DNA of 62,733 bases, filler included, from Trichosphaerium sp. ATCC 40318 (lineage: Eukaryota > Protista > Tubulinea): assembly GCA_038496445.1 (NCBI GenBank). It is 3 parts of 3 records of this genome, joined end to end, with 100 filler letters (N's around TTAATTAATTAA, not from the genome) between each part and the next. Parts side by side here need not be neighbours in the genome. Positions count along the whole stretch, not along the records: positions 1 to 29,138 come from JALMLS010000020.1; 2 more parts are not named here. One strand, 5' to 3'. Every line of letters begins with the position of its first letter. Within the stretch, counting starts at the first letter, position 1. Below the pieces are notes generated by a model. The model did no database searches and was not told the DNA's origin. It saw nothing but the letters and a program-made list of their open reading frames with translations. The translations under genes were made by a program, and so were the position numbers. Shown in pieces: positions 1 to 13,058 of this stretch.

Positions 1-3000
1 TTGATAACAGTTCGTCAAGCTTGTTTGGTGTATTTGATTTGATAGTCACAGATTTGGTTGTGTACTTTTGTTGGAGATCACCTAGTGCCCTTTCAGCCGC
101 CTTGATATCAGCAGTGCTTCCAACGACAGTCAATTTGACCATGTCACGTTTAGGATTCTTTTTCTTATTGTATGTGTACACTATAGTACGTTCTTTGTTG
201 GTAGTTGTGTTACGCTGTGTCATTTTATTGAAATCAACTTCGTAGTTGTAAGTATACTTTGTTGCTACACCATGAGAGCCGGTGACCATAAAAGGAGCTG
301 TTGGAATTTTCCCAAGTTCCATCCTTGAATGTATTAGCTCGAAAATCAAACGTGGTACTTACTCTTTAAAGTGGTCTTGAATGATTCTGTTTTGCGTTTC
401 GTAATAGTTGACAAATGTACCATCATTTTCTTTCCACTGCCACTGCATTGGATGAAGGAGGTCCGAATACTTCTTAACTGCTTTAGTGAACGCTTCAACC
501 GCCTTTGGGTTTGTGTCAACAAGCCGTATAGTGTCAACCTTGTTGTCAAGCAAATACAAAGTACAAAGTCGGACAATAGTGTCACAACAAAACTCAACAG
601 GGAATAAAGCTTTACCACCACCAAGGGCGAGTATAGACAAAGACTTATATCCGTTGCAACAATCCCTATGTAGTGTTAGTATAGTACTTCTGGTGAGAGT
701 GTACCTCAAAAGTGTATTAATTCTCTCTTCATAAACTAGTTTACTCTGTTCGTTTTTTCTTCTTGGGATTTTAACGCATAAAACCTAAACAGTAGTTTTT
801 AGGAAATTAAGATTATGATCATCTCATATTACATCGTGCCCGAGAACGCCTTTTGCCCACCATGTATTCTCGTTCAGTTTAGATGTTGTTTGCCCTTGTG
901 ATTGATAATCCCGTAAGGTTTCAGATGCTTTGCTTCCTACCGACTGATTAAAAACCCAATCGCACAAAATAGCTACCTGATGCCATAATCTTACAGTCCG
1001 TTGTTTCATCATAAATATCTCCATAGTGTACTTTAAATGGTGTTTTATGATCTTCAGCGCTGTGAGTTTTTTGGTTGATTCTGGGAGTCTTATTCGTAGT
1101 ATCAAACGCAATCACATTGTACTGAGCCTGAAGCTTTTTGAACTCTAATTTGAATGAGATTATTTTAAATAGCTACTAATCACCTTCGTTTTTGTGGAGT
1201 AGTGCTGCAGTGGTAGTAGACATTTCAAAACTCTTCTCTTCAATGTTTAGCTTTTGTGATTTCAATAAACTATACAAAGCAGTTTCGCATCTCTTCAGTC
1301 CTTGTGAGATACCTGTCATGGATATCCAAAAAGGCGCTTAAAAAAAAAATCAACTTTTATCGTTTTAACTGCTAGATTTAAACGCACGTGTTTCAAGAGA
1401 GGACGTCCACTGCACACAATATTCTATTGCAAGCTTATCAATATCAGATTGGGTTTCCCTAAGTAAAAACGCTTCTACAGCTATAAGGTCTCGCTGTATA
1501 GTTTTTACAGATGTTAGAGATTTCATAGCCGCAACTGCTTTGTCTATGCATGATATTAGATATCTCTCTTTTCCTAAAAAGTTGGTACCAACTGGCGGTT
1601 TGCCTAACCCCGCTACTACTATTCCTTGCCGTTTTAAGGTAAGCAAGACACGAGACATCTCTGGGCTGGTCTTATTTAGTTGATCTCTATTATTCAAAAG
1701 TTCCCACATCGCAAATGACTGATTTCGTGATAGTACAACTTCCTTCTCGTAAAACGAATAATCCTGCAGCGTAATAATGGAAACATCAGTTGAATCTCCT
1801 ATAATTTCTATAACCCACGTGTCTAGGCGTTGTTACTATACTATAAGTAATAAACCAGTACCTTTCTTCTCTGTCCTTGTAATGATAAGATTCACTTTTA
1901 AGAATATTTCTTTTTCCATGTACTCAAACTCCTGTAGAAAATGTGAGTTACGCTCTCGCCAGTTATTTTGCATATTAATACCTTTGAAAGTAGTTGCTTG
2001 TGAGTATCATTTAGTGTCTTAATCTCAACAGTATCCACAATGATATCTTTGGTGAACTCATCAATCTTCGTTTTTTTCTCATTTATTTCTTTATCTGTCC
2101 CATGAAGAATCAGATAGTCAATTCCGTATTCTTCGATATCAACATCCGTAAGGTATTCTTCTATAAAAGTAATTTTGTACCCAGCGTAGATAAACTAGAA
2201 AACCTATTAATTAACTCTTAGCTCACAACATACGCACTTTTCTTGTTTGTGTGACTTCTGCAGCTCTTTTTTCCATATACTGTTTAGCGGAATCTACCTC
2301 ACTTTGAGAAAAACCTTGCAGAACTTGTTTTATTGTACCCGTATGAGGTAGTAGTCCATTCCCTGCTGATGCTGGATGAAGCTAAAGTAACTGTCATTTA
2401 GAAGCCGCACAAACGTGCTTACTTTGATTGATGCTATATCGTTCCCAATATCCAAGAATATATGTTGTATACAATCGTTGACATCTTTCTTAAACCCAGA
2501 TACAATCAATTCTCCTTTTGTACTTGTTATAACAACTGAGTACGTTTGTTCAAGCTTTTTTAAGCTACAATCAATAACGTTAGATGTAAACAAGTCAAGG
2601 GTAATGTACTCACTCAAGTGAAGTATCTATTGTACAATCATACTTGATGGTTCCAAATTCCAATTGTTCTGGCAGTTTCTTCAAAAGGTACAATTTGTTG
2701 TGATTTTCGATGTTATAAGAGAGTATCTAACGGAATTTTAATCAGCTATTATGTGTACTACTTACTGTACATCGGTGCGAAGACCCGAAGAGCCATCGTC
2801 TACCAGGCAAGGTAAGAATGAAAGCACATATATTGTCTACATACTTTTCTTCAATATGAAAATCACATGGTTGTGAAGACATCACTTCCTTCGCCTTGAG
2901 TTTAAATACTTGCAATACTTGACTATCCATGTTAACGTAGACACTCGATTTGATAACCACAGTGTTTGTCAATACTTTTGCCACTTTTGAAGCTGCTAAA

Positions 3001-3440
3001 ACCGTCATTAGTTCCTGAGCGACACGCGTTTGAAAATCGCACCTTGTCCGTGCAAAAAGTGAACTATACACCCTTCGTTCTTTGTGTCAATTGATAGTAT
3101 TGTTCCTTGTTTACAGTAAGAATAATAAATCTCCAAAACGTTAACTTACCCATCTTTTCCATTTCTTCTTTGTCGTCGTTGTTTACGATTGTATGCGGAT
3201 ACCGCAAGGCTGAGTTACTTTCAACCTAGCGCAGTTGATTAGATTAATTCAACAAGCGTGTCGTACCAAAAAAATTGGGCTTACTTTATTATCCATTGAA
3301 GCGTTACAAGTGGCGCTAAACAGATAATTTTGCTCGGGTTCGTAGTCAACCAATTTCAAAGAGTCTCTCAGAGATTTTCTTCGAATAGTTGAACAAAGCT
3401 CTTTTCAACGCGTCAGATACTTGTGAAGATACACGCAGAA
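1..3440 (-). CDS. Multi-exon macro-domain + WWE-domain protein (PARP9/14-like architecture); 3' end runs off the window, 5' end approximate
   Basis: ORF 359-709 has a macro-like segment (YKSLSILALGGGKALFP...DTIRLVD) followed by a WWE start (QWQWKENDGTFVNY); exon at about 170-340 gives YEVDFNKMTQRN...RTI (WWE end). Several upstream minus-strand ORFs (824-3071) are separated by short introns. No PARP catalytic domain is visible in the window. Confidence 0.55.
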
Positions 3441-3535
3441 TTTAGTATTGCAAAATAATAACCTTTGTAGATGGTATGAGCGAACAGTTTCCGTGTAGTA
3501 AAAATTTTATTTTTTTTTCCCAGTCATAGTTGTGG

Positions 3536-4716
3536 CTAGCCAGTGTACAAGTATGAATCGATGTCAAATTGAAATGGAGCTACACCACAATTTATAGAGA
3601 AACTACCTTTACAATTAAAAAATCCGAGTATAGGACACCAGTCTGATATACTATCAGCTAGAGGAGGAGCGCTATCTTTACTGAAAGCAATCCCTAATTT
3701 CTTTCCATTTTTTGTAAAAAACACCAACTCGTGCGTTAGATCTATCAAGAGTACATTGAGTGTTGCGATATAGAAAATGATAATTAGTACCTATACATAC
3801 ACCAATAGTGTCATTTGCACCATACCTAGGACCATAATGTTCTCCATGAGCTAATTAAAACGTAAGTAAACCTCACAAGAACCAGAGTTGAAGAGAAGCG
3901 AGTAAAACAAAGATAGAAAAGTACCTTCGTATTTATTGTCTTGAGATCCTGGAAATCTAAATCCATCGTCCCCATGATATCCTACACTAGGAAATACATC
4001 GGGTGTAAACCTTACCAGTAGAGTCAGTAGAGTATAAGCGATATGGCAAGTCAACTTTAAAGCTCAAAAACGAACCATCCTGGCATCATTGGACGGTTAT
4101 CATATCCTGTAGCGTTTGTAAACCCTGCAGCACCAGAACCAACACATACAGAGTGACTAAAACCATAAGTAAATAAATAAAATGTTCATATTATTGCAGT
4201 CATGATACGTACTCATGGACTTGAGCGTTGTAAGGTATCATATTTTCTCCAATCGTTACTGGAAAAAAAACCAATTAATTAACTTGCACCTATAGCCTAC
4301 ATCCAAAATAATTCCTTTTACTAACCTTCATAGTACTTAACAAGTACTTGAGAACCTGGCATACGTCTATATCTTGGTGGTGGACTAATTTGACACGTGT
4401 CAACACGAATTATTTGAGAAAACAAAATAACATGTTTGGTAGCTGCTTCAAGTCAACGTACCCGACAGCTTGTATTGTGAGGTAGTCCATATGTCCTGTA
4501 CCAAGCTCATACCATCGTATACCATTTACATCACTTTTAGTGAAACGTAATTTTTGGTTTGGACCCATCATAGTATGTGGAAGAAATCGTAGAGTCCTAG
4601 CTTGTTCTTGCACTAGAAATAACGTTTGTTTTGGTTGAATTTTTTGATTGCTGTTAAATGGCGTACTTATTGTTGTTAATCGGTATAAGTGCTTCCAACA
4701 AGGCAGTTGACGCGCT
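3536..4716 (-). CDS. SPRY-domain protein (RanBP9/Ssh4-like SPRY), multi-exon
   Basis: Exons translate to YYEVTI, MMPGW, SVGYHGDDG, YGPRYGANDTIGVCID, VFFTKNGKKLGIAF, INCGVAPFQFDI, which are typical SPRY motifs. Start approximate. Confidence 0.8.
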
Positions 4717-5370
4717 AATTAATAGTGTTAGAAGTCATTCTTAATTTCGTGACAAATTTGTTTTTTTGAAATATTGTGTGGTGTGATGCACAAAGTATTA
4801 GTGTTGTTGTGGGATAAATGGGAAATAAAATAGATGCGTACTGAACTGTTTCGGAACCTTGATCCACAAATCAAGATATAGGTACTTCCAGGCAATTTTA
4901 CGTCTCTTCAAAGGGGAATTAGGCAATAAAAGACCGCGTTTAGAATCATACCTGACTATCTACTTTTCGCCAGCTCTTACATACACTCAACGCACTGAAA
5001 ACATCCTTAGGATCACCTGAGATACTTAATTACAGAATTGAATAACGCTAGTACAAGAATTTGCATTATTTTCTTACAAAACCATCAAAACAATTAACTC
5101 TTAACTCAGCGCTATACATTAAGAACATTCACGCTAATAAACAAATCTAGGAAGAAAATCTCGAAATTTAAGCAAAAAGATGCTGTCGCTTTTGACTGTA
5201 GCGTACACATTAAATAAATAACAGCCCATAACTCTGCTGGCATTTGTTCCATTTTTTTTTGAGCCGTTACACTTTGTGTAAGCCAGTATTTTTTGAAACA
5301 AACCGTAAGTCATAGTTGACTTATAGCAATAAATTTGATAAACATAAAAAAATGATGTTCAAAAAGATGT

Positions 5371-6500
5371 TTAGTCGGTTACATTACCAAGACGACTTTT
5401 CCGTAAGGTAAACTCTGAAGAACTCCAGGTGTCGCCAAAAGACTCTCTTTTGGGTTCTATTGGAGTGAAGGTTTTGATCATATTAAAGAATAAAGCTGCT
5501 GACATTCCTGCTAAAGGACATGCAGTGATATAAACTACCATCCATCTAATGTCGCCAAAAGCTGTAGCAGTGCCTAGTGCATAGTTAATAAGGTACATGA
5601 GATTATGTTTATCCTAGCCTTTGAATAAATGGACAATTGATGGCCCAATACTGACAGCAGGATTAAAAACTGCTCCGGATACATTTCCTGTCGAAATGTT
5701 ATTACTACAAACAGTGCTAGGTATTTCTTACCAAATGTAAGGGCGCCAGTTAGCACTGTTAGACCTATTGCAAATCCATAGAATGTATTTGGTTGTACTC
5801 GTTCCTCTGTAGCACAATGAAGAACAGCAGAAGCTAGCACAAAAGTCCACAAGTACTCAACGACAAACACCTAAACAAAACATTGACTTTTTGCTTTTGA
5901 ACTTTGCACGTACATGATACCACTTGAAACTTGCTGAAGGACCAGGAGCAAAAGTAAAGTCAAAGAGTCCCCAAACTACCTACACCAAAAATAGTCTCTT
6001 TTAGCGTCCAAAAAAGAACCATGTTTCCAAAAAAATCACGTGATCACTCGTACCAGTGCAGCACATAAAGCGCCAAGTATTTGTGTGATAACATACGCAA
6101 TTGCGTCAAACCTGGACATTTTACTCCTTGAAAAAACAGCGATAGTAACAGCAGGGTTATAGTGCGCTAAAGTATGAAAGGTAAACGAACAATAATATTA
6201 CAAGATTAAAACAGGCAAGAATTATCAATTATCTTTTCCAAAACATACCTCCTGATGCCCAACCACCAGTGAACACAAGAAGAACTAATGTAAAGCCAAT
6301 TCTAACGGAAACAAAATAAACTAATGTCACGTGGAAAATAAAGTCCAAAACTTAATGAATACGCACGCAAAAGGTGGAAAGAAACCATCTACAGCTCCTT
6401 TTGCTGAAAGGGCGCCAGAACAACCAATAGCGAAGACAAGAAAGAAAGTGCCAAAGAACTCAACGCTCCAAGCAATTGGACTAAACTCAAACCTACCCAT
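5371..6500 (-). CDS. Aquaporin / MIP family channel, multi-exon
   Basis: VEFFGTFFLVF, SG/AHYNPAVT (NPA1, about 6150-6165), VEYLWTFVL, SGAVFNPAVSIGP (NPA2, about 5640-5685), WMVVYITACPLAG. Confidence 0.92.
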
Positions 6501-6736
6501 ATCGAGTATACCTCTAAAAAGATTTCAAAAACAAAAAAAAAAACAACCAGACAGTCAATGGGTTTCTAAGGCGCCTATTAAAGCTTGTCAACAATAGTGA
6601 GTGTCAATATGCATGCGATCTATATTGATCCATGTGAGGTTCACAGTGTACGAAATAACCTCACGTGCTTGAACAAGTAAAAACGGAACATTTAGAAAAT
6701 TTGTATTGTTTCATTTTTTTTTAAACCACATGTGGG

Positions 6737-9700
6737 TTATAGTAGCGTCTCAGTTAATAAACCATCTTTTGTAGAAGGTTTTACAAAAATAAATCGATCA
6801 TTATTAGTCAAAACAACTTTCTCCATACGAAGTGCTTTAATCTACAAAAAAACCCAACATCAGCTCATATTTTTGTTCAAAGTTGATAAGACTTTTGCAA
6901 CGTACCTCGAATCTAGGAAAGCTTAATCGTCCTACGTATAGAGGTACCAAGTTATGTTCAATAATATGGTCTGACTTTGGATTGATTTTGAAGAAAGTCT
7001 TTGTATTACCAGCAACAAGAAATCCTGTAGTATCTGTAACAGATAACGCAAAGTCTTGTATTGTGTTTGTATTGTTTGTGATTATAACCTTATGAGGAAG
7101 AAGTTGTCCAACAATAGCAGATTCAGGAGTAACTTACATAGAGTTAAGGGGTAGAAACGTAGAGGTAAGCGAGAGAACGCACTACTTGTAAGAAACGAGA
7201 AAAAAAAGAAAAAAATTGGAAATGCTTTTTGTTCTTTGGATACTGATCTTCTTTTCGAATAGAGCATCACGGATAGATAACTTTGGAACTTGAACTGTTG
7301 TTGTTGTAGAATACTGAGCACCAACTCTATTTTAACAAACAAGTAAGTAAATGACAAAAACAATTGAATAAAGAAAACCGAACCTCTTCCACTTTATATC
7401 AACAGAACCAAAAGACCAAATTCCCAAACAAAGGGCGTTTATCTGAAACCATGAACTATGTTTCTCGTTCTTTTTAAGTGTTATATCCGTCTCACACGTA
7501 TTTGTATTAGCAGTTACTTCGGCAACAGGCCTAAAGAGACATAAGCAGTTGAACTCAAAAGCCTTTTTTTTTTGAACAAAGGTAAAAACCAACTGTAAAC
7601 ACGCACGTGTGCGCACTCGTTTCAGCCTAAATATTAATGTCAGTTTTTATGAACAATACTGTAGCTATACGCACAACTCTGAATGTATTATTTAGAATTT
7701 GAATGGAGTCCTGTGAACATATTTCAGTCCACAACAAAAATGGTTCACGAATAGGAACTAATCCTGCCAATGGTTGTTTAATCAAATGACAATCAGATGT
7801 GAAATAATCAAAACGACATAAAAATGCAGGTTTAACAGCAATAGTTATGTCCTTAATAAAAGAAGCTTTATACGTTTCTGTAGAATACGCCACCTTTAAA
7901 GAAAAGTCAGAACCAAAAAAAAAATCTCTAAGGACAAACACTTACTTTTAAAGAAAGCGTTAGCTCTCTAGCTTCTTGCTTTGCATGGAAGAAAATAGGT
8001 AGTGTCAGCGATGCTCCAGCTTCTATGGAAGGTATTATAGCTTCTTTGACAGGACCAGAATCAGGGTCATCAACAAAGCAGTATGGTCCTAAATGGTGGT
8101 CAATCTTCAAAAAACCTCTCAGACAAAAAAGTGTACCTTTTAGTGGCAGAAAAGTTATAGTGCCGCCTTTGACAGGATCTTCTTGATTTTCAAGACGCAT
8201 CTCAATTTTATAATACTCATTCACAAACGCACATGGTTCATGTTTAACAGTAAATGTTAATTTTGGCTCGTGTTCTTGAATCCTTAAAAAAAAAAACAAG
8301 GTTAATACAACAAAATTTATATATGTTAACGTACGTCATTTGGCGTCTCTCACTGAACCTTGTTTTCTGGTATAATGCTTTATCAGGTTCTTCAGGCCAT
8401 GTGTCAACTTTACACCGTAAGAAAATTGTGTTCGGTCCTTCTCCCCAGCGCAAACAAACTTCCGTACACTTAAAGAATAAGCAAACCATAAAAAAAGTAC
8501 ATGTATGACTTTTACCTTCAATTCACACTGCAATGGCGCATTGAACGATAGTTTAATAGTACGCGTTTGATTAGGTTTGAACGAAAGTACATCGCCATCA
8601 GTAATCTCTTGGTTGCATCCTGGAACATGATGTTATTAGTACAAACTTGAAAAAGTTTATGTACCTTCTTCATTAAAAGAAACTAAAAGAGCCGAAAATG
8701 TAGTCGCCATTGGTAGATTTATATTCAAGTATACATTCATACTAATTGGTGAATGTGCAGAAGCACTAGCCTCAATAAATTGTACACAACATAGCACTAA
8801 AATAACAAGTCAGCAAATCCATTACCATTTCAAAAAAAAAATCTAAAAAGGGTACATCGTGAATCGTTGTATCCAAAATCAGCATAGACAGGTTCTGTGA
8901 AATTAGCATAAGTAAGAAGCCCGGCAACGCTTTTTTGAACATCACACTTCTTATCTTTACTCAACCCCATTTCTAATAAAACGTCACAACATACAAAAAA
9001 CCTTTGATAAAAGTACCCTTTTGAAGTAGTGTGAATGAAGTAGTTATTTGATCGCTTAATGACTCCAGGTGTTGTGCACATTGAATCTTATAATTAAGAA
9101 GGTTTGCAACAATAGCATACCATCCTTTTTCAGTATATTGAAGTATAGCATCATCAAGATACCTATCACAAAAATTATTCAAAAAAAAAGAGAACCAGTT
9201 CATACTTCTGAGCTTCTTCGTATTTCTCGCCTTCAAAGTATTCTTTACCAATATCTGTACCAAGCCATAGTACCATTCTCTCATTCAAACCACCCACTTT
9301 ATACATACTATGAGCCCTGTAGAATGTCAACAACAACGATGTTAAAAAAAGAAGGAAACAGAACACATACCTCAACAAAAGCTCCACAATATTTTGATGA
9401 TGCTCGTATTGCAATTCCTAAAATACGTCATACCCAGCAACCACAATATCATGATTTCAAGTACCTGCGAAACTGAAATTTTATAGTCATCGTATTCAGG
9501 AGTCTTCTCAACACCCAAAGGATGATCACCAGCAATAGGAGAAATAGCTTGACCAACCCACCTAAAAAAAAAAGTTGGTGCGTTGCTTAAACAATACATC
9601 TGTGCATACGCTTGTTTATCCATATTTATACTTGTAGGTGCATAAGGTAATAGTTTACCGAGTGCAGTAATTGCTTTAACATCTCCATCGTCCTTCAGAG

Positions 9701-11457
9701 GCTGCGACACATCAATAAGTATTGACAAGATGTAAAGTTGGCGGCGTACAAGGCATAAATGAGTGTATGATTCACGTCTTTTCGCTATAGTACTTGCTGC
9801 CATTTTAAAGTAGAATCCAGGATGCCTCCAACCTTTTGCACTTGATGTGATAAGCTTCTTGAAATGTTGAAGCAATTCACCAAATGTTTGATACCTGATA
9901 AACATTAGATGTCACGTGATGCAACAAAAAAAATTAAACATACTGTAAACTCTTCCAGGCGTGATGTTGAAACATCAGTTTAGGCTCCATTACTATTTCT
10001 GTAAAATGCTTTGTATGCTTACTAAATTGTCCTAAAGCATCACCAAGATTTCCTTTATCCATTAACAACATACATAGCTTAAATAAATGTAAGCTAAAAG
10101 GAGAACTGTGGCGTAAAAAAAAGATGAACCTTAAAATTGATAAAATCAGCCATAATTCGTATATCTTGATTGAGAGTTGTAAGTTTGATATCTGAAATAT
10201 ATTCGTAGCTATGGTTATAAAATCTTGTTGTTAAGGTTAATTATAATATTGTGATTGCGTTAAAAATAGTAATAAAGGTGTATGTATGGATACTTGAGCG
10301 CTGTTTTTGAATCACGTCGAAATTCAGCAAAAAAAGCAGCTTTGAAAGAGTGCCGCGTATACAAGTGCAATTGCTTGTTCAAACGCTCCTTGAAACGCTT
10401 AACTGCACGCTCTTCTTCTTTGTAATAATCACAAGCGTGCTTGGTCAAAAATTTCTCCAACCTAGCACAACGTATGAGTTGACAAAAAAAAAAAAACAGA
10501 TTAATGTAAAAACTAACCTTCGTGTAGAGTTTGGGACATCAGACGACGTGAATGTAAAGAAAGATTTTGCGTCAATATCAGCACGCTTGCGCAAAGCCGA
10601 TAACTTCTCAGCTGAGTCTTTAGCTGCACCATTCTCCTCTACAAAGCTGTTAAAAACAAATATAAAAACTCAAACAAAAATCATGTTCTTACCTGCATCC
10701 TCGGTAGGACACAAATGAACAAGAACTATCTTCATAGCTTTACCGCGCATATTTTCTCTAAACCAAGCGTTAATTCGGGATGACAATCATTTTAAAGAAA
10801 ACCAATAAGACATTCCACAAACTGTAGCGTTTTATCAACGTGACATACCTTACAGCTTCGACATAGAATGCTACATCATTTTCTTTAGAGTTCCAATCCT
10901 AAACCACGTGGTTTAGCTTTTAAGATTATAGTACGTTCTATGAGGCTCAAAAATGGTTGTTTTTAGCGTAATTAGGCGTAAAACAAAAAAGTAAGTACGC
11001 ACTTTGTCATTGGTGTCTTTTGTAAAAAATATGGCTACTACTGATGGTACGCTGTTACAGTGGCGATACCTAATTAATGTGGGATTATTGTCACGTTACA
11101 TGATTTCTTACATCCAGTTCGCTTGGAGAATGCCTGTTTTATAGTGAATACAGTGTTTAAGAAGCTTAGAGAGTTAAATCATCAAAAAGTGCGTACTTTT
11201 AATTGTATAATCCTCGTAGGTTGTTCTACGCTCTCTAAAGAACGTTTGAAACACGTTTTGGCAACTATTGTAACGTACTTTCTTTTTGCCACAGTTTCGC
11301 CATTCGCAATGTTAATCAGGCGCAAGCACTTCACGTCAAAGCCATATACCTTAGTGGTGGTAATATTACTCTCAATTGCTGAAAATAAATCCCTTGCGCC
11401 CATTAACGCAACCACCGGCACAGGTGGTTCCCGTAGTTCCTTCGGGTAAGCGTTCAT
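6737..11457 (-). CDS. TRAPPC11: Trafficking protein particle complex subunit 11 (foie gras/gryzun), many exons
   Basis: N-terminus MNAYPKELREPPVPVVALMG, then RHSFKAAFFAEFRRDSKTALK, QTFGELL...HPGFYFKMAA, YTEKGWYAI, HEPCAFVNEYY; size and order match TRAPPC11. Confidence 0.85.
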
Positions 11458-11928
11458 GGCTGAGAAATGTCACTAGCACAACGACCTCCTGTATCCTTAA
11501 CGTAGTGCCGCTACGAAACAGACCAGTCAACGTGGTTAACTAACGCGATAAGCTATCCAACACGTCGAAAGTTTTTGTACAAAAGTCAAACAAAAATAAC
11601 TCATTGGGCAATCAGCTTGTTATTACACCTTACAGCGAAACGGACGGATGTACCTGATCGTCTGAGTGCATTGTGCCTTTTCCATCAAGTTCGAGCCAGT
11701 GTACATCAAGTATTGCAAAAAGAATGTAGAAATCGTTATTTATTCATTCTACATAGCCTTGGATGGCTTTTGGCGTGGTTCAGCGGTTTTTATATCGCTC
11801 TTTTAAAATCCTTCTTCTTAATGCAACTCTTGTCTAGCACGTGCGATATGGCCATCATCTCTAGTAACGTAACGCTGCGCTTACGCCGACGGCCGTTATG
11901 GTTTGAATACCCTCTTTGAATACCAGAT

Positions 11929-12418
11929 TTAGAGTATATTCCATTTTCCAGTGCGGCGCCATGAGTTAATAGCGCGGCGAGCCTGTCGTTTGACCTACAT
12001 GATGAGTTAAGCGTTTAAAAATATGTAACATTAGAAAATCCTTACCTTCTTGTCACTGTCATTCCAGAACGAATTAATTGCGTCAATGACTTCCTAAAAA
12101 TCATGTTACGGCAATGCACGGTATTTCGGGTTTAAAAAAGCGTACGAATTCGCGGTGTTTTGGGGAACCATCACATAACGAATGGAGCACCTGATACCGC
12201 ACCAGTGGGTTTGGGTCGTTAGTCATCTGCAATATTCTGTCCCACAAGGCGTCGATATCGCGTTTTACATGGCAGGGACTAAGAAAATCAATAAGGGATA
12301 ACTATTTATCGTTAACATACCACATTTCCCTCAAAGCGTCTCTACGGGTTTTCCAGTTGTCGCTTTGTGTCGCTTCAATTATTTCTAGTACTTGTTGGGT
12401 AGGGAATTCGAGTGTCAT
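11929..12418 (-). CDS. Small HEAT-repeat-like uncharacterised protein, 4 exons (missed by the ORF track)
   Basis: Manual splice: MTLEFPTQQVLEIIEATQSDNWKTRRDALREM / PCHVKRDIDALWDRILQMTNDPNPLVRYQVLHSLCDGSPKHREF / EVIDAINSFWNDSDKK / VKRQARRAINSWRRTGKWNIL*; D-x-x-x-x-VR HEAT-like periodicity. Confidence 0.7.
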
Positions 12419-12631
12419 TGCGTTTGGGTTGTTTAAATTGAAAATGAATTTAAAAAAGTGTCAAATTAAGTCACATTTGGACTTCCGTTCAGTTAATTTC
12501 TGGTCACTTTAATAGCTATTAAAGTCATTCAAATAATTACGGTCGCGGGAATAAACTGAGCATGTACGAAACGCAAACAACTTGAGAAAAAATTTAGATG
12601 GTGTAGTGAATGCCACGTGGAACTTTTTCTC

Positions 12632-12752
12632 TTAGCGAATGTTATTATTTATTTATCAAAATAATTTAAGCAAACTTTATTTAAACGTATTAGCGAATGT
12701 TACTATTTATTTATCAAAATAATTTTACCAAACTTTATTTAAACGTATTAGC
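12632..12752. repeat. Tandem duplication, 2 x 58 bp
   Basis: TTAGCGAATGTTA(T/C)TATTTATTTATCAAAATAATTT...AAACTTTATTTAAACGTA starts at 12632 and again at 12690. Confidence 0.9.
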
Positions 12753-13058
12753 TAGTGGTATTATCATGCCAAATAAATACAAACCTGTTATGTGATGTGC
12801 AATCAAATCCTTTTTTTTTCTTGTTTTTTACAAGCCTTTCGTATAATTTTCGTAAGCGATTAACTAGTTTTCGTTTATGCTAGTGGTATGAAATTAATGG
12901 CTTGGGTGGCTTTTCAGTTGCGACAAAACTCAGCTTTTCAGCTTACGCACTAAACCCTTCATACATTTACGGCCTTCGTAAAGCAAGATTAGTCCCTGGC
13001 GTCAACAAAAATCTCAGGAGTAAAAAAAAAAAGGTGTTAAACGTTACAAGCTGATTAT

